This document shows, in pieces, positions 8,694 to 18,929 of a stretch of DNA of 64,000 nucleotides. Each line of letters begins with the position of its first letter. Position 1 is the first letter of the stretch. Location of the stretch: the NCBI GenBank assembly GCA_036231405.1, contig JAZAHK010000046.1, forward strand, positions 128,001 to 192,000. The letters are read 5' to 3'. A model generated the notes under the pieces. The model was not told where the DNA came from. It saw only the letters and a program-made list of their open reading frames with translations, and ran no database searches. A program made the position numbers and the translations under genes. This stretch comes from Nitrospinota bacterium (GTDB lineage Bacteria; UBA8248).

Positions 8694-9773
8694 TTGAAAG
8701 AAATTGGAGTTGGTATTATTGGTTCGGGCCGTATGGGAAGGCTAAGGGCAAATCTTATTTCAACTTCTCCTCAGGTAGGTTTTTTGGCTCTTGCAGATCA
8801 GAGTATAGATAATGCGAAGAGACTATCTGAAGAAGTTAACGCAGATTTTTATTCCGAAGACAACGAAGCTGTGATAAATCATTCGAATGTGGATGCAGTG
8901 ATTGTATCCACTCCAGAGTTTGCCCATGCAGATCCAGTTTGTAGAGCTATCGAGTTAGGGAAGCCCGTCCTGTGTGAAAAGCCTATCTCACTTTCCTTAG
9001 AAGACGCTGATAAAATTCTTGATTGTTTGCATAGGCATGATGGAAATTTGCATATTGGATATACACAGAGAGTTCGGAGACGTTTTTTAAATGCGAAAGA
9101 ACAAATTAGTCAAGGGAAACTAGGAGAATTGCAAACTGCTAGAGCTACGCTTTATAATATCATGTCGGGTGGTGCCGAAATCTATAAACGCGCTCCCCAT
9201 GCAGGACCTGTGACAGATACATTGACATATATGGTTGATATTTCTTTATGGTATTTTGAGGGAAGAAGACCAGTCCGTGTCTATGCACAGGGTGGAAGTG
9301 AAATATTTGATCATCATCCTATGGGTTGTGGTGACTGGGCATGGGCAATCCTAAGTCTTGATGATGGCAGTTCAATCAGTTTCGGTTGCTCTTGGATATT
9401 ACCAGATAATTGGCCTTCCAATGTGACTTCTATGGATATGGAAGTCATGGGTGACAAGGGGTCAATTTTCATTGATGATTCGCACAAGTCGTCAATACTG
9501 GCTACTTCTAAGGGTGTGCCGTCCCCTTATGTCCCAGATTTTAAAACTAATGTTGTTTTTCTCGAAAGTATGATGGCAGGGGACTTTTTAGTAGGAGATT
9601 TTTGGGGTCCTATGCGAGATGAGACTCGTTACTGGCTTGATCATGTAGTTGCCGGAAAATCAATTCCTTTGACAAATCCAGAACACGCTCGAACTACTCT
9701 TGAAGTTACACTGGCAATTGAGAAGAGTGCAAAGGAGTCGAAACCGATTGTATTTCCATTGTCTTCCGATTGA
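8694..9773 (+). CDS. Gfo/Idh/MocA family oxidoreductase (copy 2)
   Basis: GIIGSGRMG, EKP and GYTQR motifs; colinear paralog of the upstream gene. Confidence 0.9.
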   Translation: MKEIGVGIIGSGRMGRLRANLISTSPQVGFLALADQSIDNAKRLSEEVNADFYSEDNEAVINHSNVDAVIVSTPEFAHADPVCRAIELGKPVLCEKPISLSLEDADKILDCLHRHDGNLHIGYTQRVRRRFLNAKEQISQGKLGELQTARATLYNIMSGGAEIYKRAPHAGPVTDTLTYMVDISLWYFEGRRPVRVYAQGGSEIFDHHPMGCGDWAWAILSLDDGSSISFGCSWILPDNWPSNVTSMDMEVMGDKGSIFIDDSHKSSILATSKGVPSPYVPDFKTNVVFLESMMAGDFLVGDFWGPMRDETRYWLDHVVAGKSIPLTNPEHARTTLEVTLAIEKSAKESKPIVFPLSSD

Positions 9774-9875
9774 TGGTTTTTTCTTTATCGCTGTAATACA
9801 CTGCATTTTTTTAAATGGTATTTTTAGAATTATTCAATTTAGTTTTGTTTCGATAAAATTTTTAGGAGAAGATAG

Positions 9876-10445
9876 ATGTCGGAAGTACACCCATTAATAA
9901 AAAACAGAAGAAGTAAAAGAGATTTTAATGGAGTTCCACCGAAACCTGAAGAATTAAACGCTTTATTAGAGGCTTTCCGATGGGCTCCTTCAGCAAGTAA
10001 TAAACAGCCTTGGAGAGTGATTGTAACGCAGTCAGAAGAGTCCAATAATGCTTTCAATGAATGTTTGAGCGAAGGAAATCGTCAGTGGGCAACCGAGGCT
10101 CCAACTAAAATGATCATTCTCGGAAATCCAGAAGAACAGCCAGAGAGAAATGGGATCCAGAGATGGTTGATCGATGTTGGTATGGCACTAGAAAATCTTT
10201 TGTTGCAAGGTAGCGCGTTCGAACTTACTGTACATGCGATGGCTGGATGGGATGAGGAAAAGGTTCTCGAAAAATTCAAAATTCCAGAACCTTATAGAGT
10301 TGTAGCTCTTTTTGCAGTTGGGTATCCAGGCAAGTTTGAAGATTTACCTCCTGAAATTCAGGAAAAAGAAAAAAAACCTTCAATAAGAAAGTCTTTAAGT
10401 GAATTTGTTTTTTGTGATGAATTTGCAAATGCCTGGGATGATTAG
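9876..10445 (+). CDS. Nitroreductase family protein
   Basis: RRSKR, APSASNKQPW and VGYP motifs; AGGAG SD. Confidence 0.92.
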   Translation: MSEVHPLIKNRRSKRDFNGVPPKPEELNALLEAFRWAPSASNKQPWRVIVTQSEESNNAFNECLSEGNRQWATEAPTKMIILGNPEEQPERNGIQRWLIDVGMALENLLLQGSAFELTVHAMAGWDEEKVLEKFKIPEPYRVVALFAVGYPGKFEDLPPEIQEKEKKPSIRKSLSEFVFCDEFANAWDD

Positions 10446-10506
10446 TGTTTAAGGTAGATTTTAGATTAGTTTGAGTTAGATAATTTCCTTAATTTAATGT
10501 AGCAGG

Positions 10507-11202
10507 ATGTTTGTTTTGTTCTCAGCAGATTTGTTCTCAGCAGATTTCATCCAAAAATTGATTGTTTCCCTTCCGTCGATTTTGATTGCTTTGACCGTGC
10601 ACGAAGTTGCACATGGTTGGACGGCTTCAAAATTAGGAGATCCGACAGCTCGATATATGGGCCGTCTCAGTTTAAATCCTATGGTTCATCTAGATCCTGT
10701 AGGTACACTTGCATTTGTGATTTCACTTGCTGCTGGAATTGGTTTCGGTTGGGCAAAACCCGTTCCGGTTGATACAACGAATCTAAAAAATCCAAGAAAA
10801 GATATGGTTTGGATAGCTCTGGCAGGACCGGTTTCTAATTTTTTTCTTGCTATTTTAAGTTTGTTTGTTTTACTTGTAATGCGACATTTCGGAATTCATC
10901 TAAGTTTTGTTGGAGAGCCGATTTATAATATGCTGCGTATGAGTTTTATCGTAAATACAGCCCTTGCTGCATTTAATTTAGTCCCAATTTTACCATTCGA
11001 TGGAGGAAGAATACTACATGGTCTTCTTCCAAGACGTCTTGCTTTTAACTATTCAAGATTAGAGCCCTATGGTTTTTTTATAATCCTTGGTTTGATATTG
11101 TTTAACAAACTGATAGTAATCATGTCTCCAATATTTTATTTTTTACTTGCTACTGAGCGGATATTTGCTATGAATTTGTTTAAAATACTCTTTTGGTTTT
11201 AA
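10507..11202 (+). CDS. Site-2 protease (peptidase M50)
   Basis: HEVAH, AGPVSN and FNLVPILPFDG motifs; hydrophobic segments. Confidence 0.93.
   Translation: MFVLFSADLFSADFIQKLIVSLPSILIALTVHEVAHGWTASKLGDPTARYMGRLSLNPMVHLDPVGTLAFVISLAAGIGFGWAKPVPVDTTNLKNPRKDMVWIALAGPVSNFFLAILSLFVLLVMRHFGIHLSFVGEPIYNMLRMSFIVNTALAAFNLVPILPFDGGRILHGLLPRRLAFNYSRLEPYGFFIILGLILFNKLIVIMSPIFYFLLATERIFAMNLFKILFWF
10515..10547 (+). repeat. 15-bp perfect tandem duplication in the 5' end of the M50 gene
   Basis: TTTGTTCTCAGCAGA x2, encoding LFSAD-LFSAD. Confidence 0.85.
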
Positions 11203-11223
11203 AACTATTTTTTAGGAATTTCT

Positions 11224-12201
11224 ATGTCATCAAAAATTCGCTTTCTATCTGGAGTTCAGCCTTCTGGCAGATTGCATATTGGAAACTATTTTGGTGCTCT
11301 CCGCCAGCATATAGCTTTACAAGAAGAGGGAGAGGCATACTATTTTATAGCGAACTACCATGCTATGACTTCTGTACAAGATCCTAATCTGCTTGCTAAG
11401 CAAACTTTTGACGTTGCTCTTGATTATTTATCTTTAGGACTAGACCCTAAAAAAGCAGTCTTTTTTAGACAAAGTGACGTACCCGAAGTGAGCGAATTGT
11501 CATGGATTTTATCTTGTGTTACGGGAAAAGGGCTTCTTGATCGAGCAACTTCGTATAAAGATAAAGTTCAAAGAGGAATTAGTCCATCTATGGGTTTATA
11601 CACGTATCCGATTTTAATGGCAGCTGACATTTTAATTCATAGATCGAATGTCGTACCTGTTGGAGAAGATCAAATACAACATATCGAAATGACAAGAGAT
11701 ATTGCACAATCTTTTAACAATACCTATGAAGAGATTTTCCCACTTCCTTCTTTTAGGTTGGATGAAGGAGCAAAAGTTCCGGGTATCGACGGACAAAAAA
11801 TGAGCAAAAGTTATGGAAATACAATAGAAATTTTTGACGAGGGAAAATCGCTGCGAAAGAAAATTATGTCGATTGTTACAGATTCAACCCCCGTTGAAGA
11901 CCCTAAAGATCCAGAAACTTGTAATGTTTTTAGTCTTTTTAAACTTTTTGCCGACGATAATGAACAGGATTCTTTACGTGAACGATATCTAGCTGGAGGA
12001 TTAGGTTATGGAGATGCGAAAAAAATGTTGCTTGAACAATTAGATAGTTTCTTCACTCCTTTTAGAAAGGAACGTGAAAAATTAAAGGCAGATAAGGAAT
12101 ATGTTAATCAAGTTTTGAAATCCGGTGGAGAAAAAGCACGCGAAGAAGCCCGCAAGACTATGACATCTATTTATAAAGCTGTAGGGTTATCTTCTCGATA
12201 G
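11224..12201 (+). CDS. trpS: Tryptophan--tRNA ligase
   Basis: SGVQPSGRLHIGNY, YPILMAADIL, VPVGEDQ, KMSKS. Confidence 0.98.
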   Translation: MSSKIRFLSGVQPSGRLHIGNYFGALRQHIALQEEGEAYYFIANYHAMTSVQDPNLLAKQTFDVALDYLSLGLDPKKAVFFRQSDVPEVSELSWILSCVTGKGLLDRATSYKDKVQRGISPSMGLYTYPILMAADILIHRSNVVPVGEDQIQHIEMTRDIAQSFNNTYEEIFPLPSFRLDEGAKVPGIDGQKMSKSYGNTIEIFDEGKSLRKKIMSIVTDSTPVEDPKDPETCNVFSLFKLFADDNEQDSLRERYLAGGLGYGDAKKMLLEQLDSFFTPFRKEREKLKADKEYVNQVLKSGGEKAREEARKTMTSIYKAVGLSSR

Positions 12202-12236
12202 AAGTTGTTATTAATTTGTTCTGACAGGAGAAAGCT

Positions 12237-15095
12237 TTGGTAGAAGACTATAAGAATTATTTAAATTTACCTAAAACGTCATTTCCGATGAAGGCAAATC
12301 TGCCTGTTAGAGAGCCTGAAATGCTTTCTCAGTGGCATGAGAAAAATATTTATAGAGAGATACGAAATCAATCAAAGGGAAGGGAAAAATATATCCTCCA
12401 TGATGGTCCTCCTTACGCAAACGGCAATATTCATATGGGGACAGTCCTGAACAAAATTTTGAAAGATATAATCGTAAAGTCTAAACAAATGTCTGGATTT
12501 GACGCTGCTTACGTTCCTGGGTGGGATTGTCATGGTTTGCCGATTGAACATCAAGTAGATAAAGAATTAGGGAAAAAGCGTTTTGAAATTACACCTACTG
12601 AAAAACGTGCATTATGTAGAAAGTATGCAGAAAAATTTATTGATATACAGAAAGAAGAATTCATGCGTTTGGGAGTTTTTGGAGATTGGGAAAATCCTTA
12701 TTTGACTATGAGTTTTGATTATGAAGCTGCAACAGTCCGAGAACTTGGTCGTTTTATGGACGCAGGAAGTGTCTATCTAGGATTAAAACCTGTCCATTGG
12801 GCACCTGGATTAAGGACGGCTCTTGCAGAAGCGGAAGTTGAATATGAAGATATAATAACGACAAGTGTTTATGTGAAATTTCCTCTAAAAAAAGAACAGG
12901 TGTCAAGTTGGGGAGAACGCATTCCTTTTTTGTCAAAAATTGATCCAGAAAAAAAAGTAAGTGTTCTTATTTGGACTACGACTCCGTGGACATTGCCGGC
13001 TAATTTAGCACTGGCATTCCATCCGAGCTTGAAATATTCTATTTTTTCTTATGGAGAAGAGGTACTTATTTTTCACGAACATTTCACCCCTCATTTAGAA
13101 AAAATATTGAGTGAAAGTGAAACTATTGCTCAGGGAAAGTTAGAAAAAATTGAAGATTTTGATTCGAAAATCTTAGAGAATCTTTCGGTTAGTCATCCTT
13201 GGATAAATAGAGACTCTAAAGTAGTTTATGCTGACTATGTGACTCTTGAACAAGGGACAGGTGTGGTTCATACGGCACCTGGTCATGGTCGAGAGGATTA
13301 TGAAACCGGTTTGAAGTATGGATTGGTAATTTATAGCCCTGTAGATGATGGTGGGAGATTTACTGAAGAAATTGAACACTTTGCTGGACAATTTGTTTTT
13401 GATGCAGATCAAGAAATTATTGAATTCTTAAGGGCAAAAAATATGCTTTTTGCTACAGAAAAATATTCTCATCCTTATCCACATGACTGGAGAAGTCACA
13501 GGCCTACTATTTTTAGGGCTACACCTCAGTGGTTCATTTCTATGGAAAAATCTGATCTGAGAAAAAAAGCATTAGATGAGATACGAAAAGTAAAGTGGGT
13601 ACCTAATTGGGGTGAAGAGCGTATTTTCCAGATGATCGAAAATAGACCAGATTGGTGTATTTCTCGTCAGAGATCTTGGGGTGTCCCAATTGTGGCGTTC
13701 CATTGTCAGGATTGCAAACACACCGTTGTTGATGGGAATGTCGCAAAATATGTTGCAGATTTAATGGAGTCAAAGGGTGCTGATGTTTGGTTTGAAAAGG
13801 ATTGCCCTGAACTTTTACCGAATGATTTTGTTTGTCCTTCATGTGGTTCTGACAACTTCAAGAAAGAGACCGATATCCTTGATGTTTGGTTTGACTCAGG
13901 AGTCAGCCAAGCAGCAGTTCTTGAAAAAAACAAAGAATTGACATGGCCTGCAAATATGTATCTTGAAGGTAGTGATCAACATAGAGGTTGGTTTCACAGT
14001 TCCCTTTTGGCTGCAGTCGGGGTTCGTGGGTCTGCTCCTTATCGTGAGGTTTTAACTCACGGATATGTCGTAGATGGGAATGGAAAAAAAATGAGTAAGA
14101 GCCTGGGGAATACTGTAGCTCCTGAAAAAATTATTAAACAGTACGGAGCCGAAATTCTAAGATTATGGGTAGCGGGAGAGAATTATCGTGAAGATATTCG
14201 TTTGTCTAATCAAATACTTGAAAGGTTATCAGAAGCATATCGAAGAATACGAAACACCTGTAGATTCCTATTGGGAAATTTACACGACTACGAAGGGTTT
14301 AAATACGTTTCTATTGATTTTCCTATACAGGAAAGAAATGAAATAGACAGATTAATTTTAAGTAGACTTGATAGATTAATTGAGAAAATTAAGAAAGCTT
14401 ATGAAGACTATGAATTCCATGCTGTTTATCACGCTTTGAATAATTTTTGTGCGGTTGATTTGTCTGCTTTCTATATGGACGTTTTAAAAGATAGGTTATA
14501 CATCTCTTTACCGGATGACCCTGAACGAGTATCAGCTTTAGTCACAATGGATGATGTTCTTGATACTTTGCTTAGACTTATGGCCCCCATACTTTCGTTC
14601 ACATCAGAAGAAGTATATGGTTGTACTAATAGAAGATATGGAGACAGTATACATTTTTCGACTTTTCCAGAAACAGACTCTTCCCGAAGAGATCCTGAAC
14701 TGGAGTCTAAATGGAAAAAACTTCTAGAAATTAGACCTGAAGTACTGAAGGCTATTGAAGAAACCAGAAAAGTCCAGGAAAAGGGGAAGGGCAGTTCCTT
14801 AAATTTTTATGTTTTGATCTTTGCACCTGAAGAGATAAGAGAACAGTTGTCTCCCCTTGCGGAAAAAATGGAAGATATATTTATAGTTTCTGGTGCGGAA
14901 TTAGCCCCTCTAAATTCTGATATCCCTGATGGAATTTTTCAAAGTGATGAGATTGAAGGCCTTGCGATAAAAGTAAATTTAGCAAAAGGTAAAAAGTGCG
15001 AAATGTCTTGGAAAATTTCTGAAGATGTTGGTTCTGATCCAAATTATCCTGATCTTTCTGCACGGTGTGCCCGTATTGTCTCGTCTTTAAACTGA
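12237..15095 (+). CDS. ileS: Isoleucine--tRNA ligase (bacterial type 1)
   Basis: [42 protein letters not shown]. Confidence 0.98.
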   Translation: MVEDYKNYLNLPKTSFPMKANLPVREPEMLSQWHEKNIYREIRNQSKGREKYILHDGPPYANGNIHMGTVLNKILKDIIVKSKQMSGFDAAYVPGWDCHGLPIEHQVDKELGKKRFEITPTEKRALCRKYAEKFIDIQKEEFMRLGVFGDWENPYLTMSFDYEAATVRELGRFMDAGSVYLGLKPVHWAPGLRTALAEAEVEYEDIITTSVYVKFPLKKEQVSSWGERIPFLSKIDPEKKVSVLIWTTTPWTLPANLALAFHPSLKYSIFSYGEEVLIFHEHFTPHLEKILSESETIAQGKLEKIEDFDSKILENLSVSHPWINRDSKVVYADYVTLEQGTGVVHTAPGHGREDYETGLKYGLVIYSPVDDGGRFTEEIEHFAGQFVFDADQEIIEFLRAKNMLFATEKYSHPYPHDWRSHRPTIFRATPQWFISMEKSDLRKKALDEIRKVKWVPNWGEERIFQMIENRPDWCISRQRSWGVPIVAFHCQDCKHTVVDGNVAKYVADLMESKGADVWFEKDCPELLPNDFVCPSCGSDNFKKETDILDVWFDSGVSQAAVLEKNKELTWPANMYLEGSDQHRGWFHSSLLAAVGVRGSAPYREVLTHGYVVDGNGKKMSKSLGNTVAPEKIIKQYGAEILRLWVAGENYREDIRLSNQILERLSEAYRRIRNTCRFLLGNLHDYEGFKYVSIDFPIQERNEIDRLILSRLDRLIEKIKKAYEDYEFHAVYHALNNFCAVDLSAFYMDVLKDRLYISLPDDPERVSALVTMDDVLDTLLRLMAPILSFTSEEVYGCTNRRYGDSIHFSTFPETDSSRRDPELESKWKKLLEIRPEVLKAIEETRKVQEKGKGSSLNFYVLIFAPEEIREQLSPLAEKMEDIFIVSGAELAPLNSDIPDGIFQSDEIEGLAIKVNLAKGKKCEMSWKISEDVGSDPNYPDLSARCARIVSSLN

Positions 15096-15595
15096 TGAAC
15101 AACTTTTTGAATTTGCGAGACCTTTTTATATTTGGAATCCTTTTTGCTTTTTTGGACCAGCTCTCTAAAGCCATTGTACAATACAATTTTAGCTTAGGTT
15201 CGAGAAAAAGTGTTTTCCCCGGTTTTTTTGATTTAATTCATGTCAGGAATCCAGGTGGTGCTTTTAGTTTTTTGGCTTGGCTTCCTCCTAGTGTTTCTCA
15301 GTGGTTATTTATTTCAGTTACTTTCATTGCGTTATTCTTTATTGTGTATTTGTTTTTAAATGAGTTTTCAGGTAGTTTTCTCGCTCGATTTGCCCTGATT
15401 TTTATCTTCGGCGGTGGTATTGGAAATTTAGTTGATCGTTTCCTTTACGGTGAAGTAATTGATTTTATCTTGCTTTATTATGGTTCATTTTATTGGCCAG
15501 CTTTCAATATAGCAGATTCTGGAATAAGTGTTGGAGTTACGATACTGTTATTTGTTGTTTTTAAGAACTCGTTTTCAAAACGAAAAACCCGTTAG
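15095..15595 (+). CDS. lspA: Lipoprotein signal peptidase II
   Basis: DQLSK, NPGGAFS, GNLVDR, VIDF, FNIAD. The ATG overlaps the ileS stop (TGATG). Confidence 0.96.
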   Translation: MNNFLNLRDLFIFGILFAFLDQLSKAIVQYNFSLGSRKSVFPGFFDLIHVRNPGGAFSFLAWLPPSVSQWLFISVTFIALFFIVYLFLNEFSGSFLARFALIFIFGGGIGNLVDRFLYGEVIDFILLYYGSFYWPAFNIADSGISVGVTILLFVVFKNSFSKRKTR

Positions 15596-15655
15596 CCGAC
15601 AAGGAGAAGCATCAGATTCCCTTGCCATTTTTTATTCTTATATTCTCGAGTTTAA

Positions 15656-16621
15656 ATGTCAGATACTCCTAAAATCATAAAATTAAAAAATAATGATGAA
15701 CGTCAAAGAGTGGATATTTTTCTCAAGAAAAATATCGAGGATCTCTCGCGTTCTCGTTTAAATCAACTCATAAGAGAGAATGATGTAAGTATTAACGGAA
15801 ATAAAAATATTAAGCCTTCTAATAAAGTTTATGTCGGTGATGATATAGAGATAAGAATTCCTCCACCAATTCCTTCATCCATTTTACCTGAGAAAATTAA
15901 CTTAGAAATTGTATTTGAAGATAAACATTTGCTGGTTGTAGACAAACCTCCCGGTATGGTTGTTCATCCAGGCGCTGGAAATACGAAGGGAACTTTAGTT
16001 TCCGCTCTTTTATATTATTGTAGGGGGCAATTATCAGGAATTGGTGGAGTAGAGAGACCTGGGATTGTACATCGTTTAGACAAGGATACCTCAGGATTAA
16101 TCATAGTTGCAAAGACGGATCTAGCGCACGCTAAACTTAGTGCTGCACTAAAAAGTCGAAAAATTGAAAAGAAATATTTGGCGCTCGTACATGGCGTTCC
16201 TTCAAAATTGACAAGTGAAATAGAACTACCTATAGGCAGGCATCCTATACATAGAACTAAAATGGCAGTGGTTCCCAGAGGGAAAACTGCGGTCACATCT
16301 TATAAGGTTTTAGGAGATTCAAAAAATTTTTCTCTTCTGAGCGTGAATATTAAGACAGGACGTACTCATCAAATCCGTGTCCACTTACATCACATTGGGC
16401 ATCCTATTGCATGTGATACGGTTTACACTTATGGGAACAAGCTGAAATCGTCCGAGAATGAAACGAACGAATACTTGAGAGGAAACTTATTTAGACAAGC
16501 CTTGCACGCAAGAAGTTTGAAATTTAACCACCCAATTTCATCAAGGGAAATTTCTGTTGTTTCTAAATTGCCTGCTGATTTTAAGAAAACATTGGACTTC
16601 ATTGGAATTTCATTTAAATAG
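15656..16621 (+). CDS. rluD: RluA/RluD family 23S rRNA pseudouridine synthase
   Basis: S4 domain, KPPGMVVHP, HRLDKDTSG, TGRTHQIRVH. Confidence 0.93.
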   Translation: MSDTPKIIKLKNNDERQRVDIFLKKNIEDLSRSRLNQLIRENDVSINGNKNIKPSNKVYVGDDIEIRIPPPIPSSILPEKINLEIVFEDKHLLVVDKPPGMVVHPGAGNTKGTLVSALLYYCRGQLSGIGGVERPGIVHRLDKDTSGLIIVAKTDLAHAKLSAALKSRKIEKKYLALVHGVPSKLTSEIELPIGRHPIHRTKMAVVPRGKTAVTSYKVLGDSKNFSLLSVNIKTGRTHQIRVHLHHIGHPIACDTVYTYGNKLKSSENETNEYLRGNLFRQALHARSLKFNHPISSREISVVSKLPADFKKTLDFIGISFK

Positions 16622-16760
16622 GTGAATAGTTTTCGAAATTTCACGTTTCAATACTTTTTCAGTCGGTATTTGCCTCAGATTTATTCTCGTTATAAAGTCC
16701 ATGAGACTTAGGTTTAGCAAATAGTTTATACGTAATGCTCTTTTTGAGGGAGATGTCTTA

Positions 16761-17951
16761 ATGTCCACTGAAGAAGTAGTTATTTTGAGCAGTGTAAGGA
16801 CACCAGTTGGTTCTTTCGGAGGTTCTCTCAAGGATATAACTGCTCCTGAACTAGGAGTTTTAGTTTCTAAAGAAGCGATACGCAGATCTAATGTGCAACT
16901 TGAGAACTTCGATGAAGTGATTTTTGGTCACGGCTGGCAGGCAGGTGTTGGTCCAAATTCAGCTCGTTTAATTTCTGTCAGGAGTGGTTTGTCGGAAGAT
17001 ATTCCTGCTTTTACGGTTAATAAACGTTGTGGATCGAGTTTGAAAACGGTTTCTCTTGCCGCACAATCCATTCGTGCTGGTGACTCAAGTATTGTTCTGG
17101 CAGGGGGAGTAGAAAGTACAAGTAACGTACCTTATATCCAAGAAGATGCAAGATGGGGCGCGCGAATTGGTCATGCAAAATTTCTAGATCTTATCTATCA
17201 GGATGGATATATGGATCCTTTGTCCGGGCAGTTAATGGGATGTACTGCTGAGAATTTGGTAGAGAAGTATAATATTTCCCGAGAGGAACAGGATGAATTT
17301 GCACTTGAGAGTCAAGAGAAAGCAACAAAGGCAATTGAGACAGGATTATTTGAAGATGAGATAGTGAACGTAGAGTTGAAAAACAGAAAGGGTGAAATAG
17401 AAAATTTTACTAAAGACGAGACGCCCCATTTTAATATTTCTTTAGATAAGCTTAGCAAACTCCGTCCTGTTTTTGAAAAGGAAGGCTCTGTGACGGCAGG
17501 TAATTCTTGTTGTCAGGGAGATGCGGGTTCTGCTCTGGTCCTTTCGTCTAAAGAAAGAGCTAGTGAATTAGGACTTAAACCCTTAGTCTCAATATTGGGT
17601 TACGCATCAGCAGGGGTGGATCCAAAATTGATGGGATTGGGCCCTGTCGAAGCCATTCCAATGGCACTGCAGAAAGCAAACCGTAAATTAGAAGACATGG
17701 ATTTAATAGAGGTAAATGAGGCTTTTGCTGCACAGGTTATAGCATGTGAAAGAGAGCTAAGATGGGATCGTTCTAAATTAAATGTTCGAGGCGGAGCAAT
17801 AGCTTTAGGGCATCCAGTTGGCGCTACAGGCGGTAAGATTTTAGCTACTTGTATGAACACTTTAGAGAAAATAGGTAAAGAGCATGCAGTAGTTAGCGCG
17901 TGTATTGGTGGAGGACAAGGAATTGCTTTGGTTGTTCAACGTATTGGATAA
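16761..17951 (+). CDS. Acetyl-CoA C-acyltransferase (thiolase)
   Basis: KRCGSS, NEAFAA, GHPVGATG, CIGGG. Confidence 0.95.
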   Translation: MSTEEVVILSSVRTPVGSFGGSLKDITAPELGVLVSKEAIRRSNVQLENFDEVIFGHGWQAGVGPNSARLISVRSGLSEDIPAFTVNKRCGSSLKTVSLAAQSIRAGDSSIVLAGGVESTSNVPYIQEDARWGARIGHAKFLDLIYQDGYMDPLSGQLMGCTAENLVEKYNISREEQDEFALESQEKATKAIETGLFEDEIVNVELKNRKGEIENFTKDETPHFNISLDKLSKLRPVFEKEGSVTAGNSCCQGDAGSALVLSSKERASELGLKPLVSILGYASAGVDPKLMGLGPVEAIPMALQKANRKLEDMDLIEVNEAFAAQVIACERELRWDRSKLNVRGGAIALGHPVGATGGKILATCMNTLEKIGKEHAVVSACIGGGQGIALVVQRIG

Positions 17952-17977
17952 TTATAAAGAAAATTAGGGGTGTGGAT

Positions 17978-18838
17978 ATGTCTCCTGAGAAAGTATGTGT
18001 AATAGGAGCAGGTACTATGGGTGCTGGTATCGCCCAGGTTTTCGCCCAAAACTCAATTAATGTCATACTCTTTGACAAAAATGAAAAAATTGTTTCTGCC
18101 GCTATAGAAGGACTAAGGACCAGATTAGAGGCTCGCATGGAAGATGGAAAGATTTCTAGTGATTTTGTTGAGAAAATTTTTGATAAAATTAAAATTTCAG
18201 TTAGTCTGGATGAAGTCAAGGACTCAGACTTTGTCATTGAAGCTGTATATGAAGATATGGCAATAAAGAAGGAACTCTTTAAAAAAATAGACAACATGGC
18301 ACCTCCATCGACAATTTTCGCCAGCAACACTACTTCACTGTCGATTACTGAGATTGCTTCGTCAACAAATAGAACAGATAAAGTGATTGGTGTTCATTTT
18401 TTCAATCCACCAGTTGTAATGAAATTGGTAGAAATCATGCCAGGTCTCCAGACATCTCAACAGACTTTAGAAGAAACTTTAGAACTGGCTAAAACTTTAA
18501 AAAAAATTCCAGTTGTAGCTAATTTCGATAGTCCTGCAGGAATAGGAAGTAGAGTGCTTGCAGGACTTCTTAATGAAGCGGTTGAGGTTTTTTCTCAAGG
18601 ACTTGCTTCTGCAAATGATATCGATACTGCGATGAAAATGGGTGCAGGTCTTCCAATGGGTCCTCTTGAACTTATTGATTTAATTGGAGTTGATATACAT
18701 CTTGCTAAAACTGAAACTTTGTATCGTGAACTGGGTGAAACTCGCTATAGACCAAATTTTTTGCTCAAAAAGATGGTTCGTGCAGGCCATTTGGGTCGGA
18801 AATCCGGAAGAGGTTTTTACGACTATAGTTCTAGTTGA
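17978..18838 (+). CDS. 3-hydroxyacyl-CoA (3-hydroxybutyryl-CoA-like) dehydrogenase
   Basis: GAGTMG, IEAVYE, HFFNP, PMGP, GRKSGRGFY. Start set at ATG 17978. Confidence 0.9.
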   Translation: MSPEKVCVIGAGTMGAGIAQVFAQNSINVILFDKNEKIVSAAIEGLRTRLEARMEDGKISSDFVEKIFDKIKISVSLDEVKDSDFVIEAVYEDMAIKKELFKKIDNMAPPSTIFASNTTSLSITEIASSTNRTDKVIGVHFFNPPVVMKLVEIMPGLQTSQQTLEETLELAKTLKKIPVVANFDSPAGIGSRVLAGLLNEAVEVFSQGLASANDIDTAMKMGAGLPMGPLELIDLIGVDIHLAKTETLYRELGETRYRPNFLLKKMVRAGHLGRKSGRGFYDYSSS

Positions 18839-18929
18839 TTTAAAAACTTATCATTGTAGGGTTTGAAACAGGAGTACAATCTGTTCGTTAATATGTAGTT
18901 TCTTTTAGCAAATATTGCATTCTTGATTA

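Noticed and set aside
14990-15075. Degenerate C-terminal zinc finger of IleS (CEMSW...SARC)
   Set aside because: Loss of these Cys ligands is known in other bacterial IleS proteins, so it is not distinctive.
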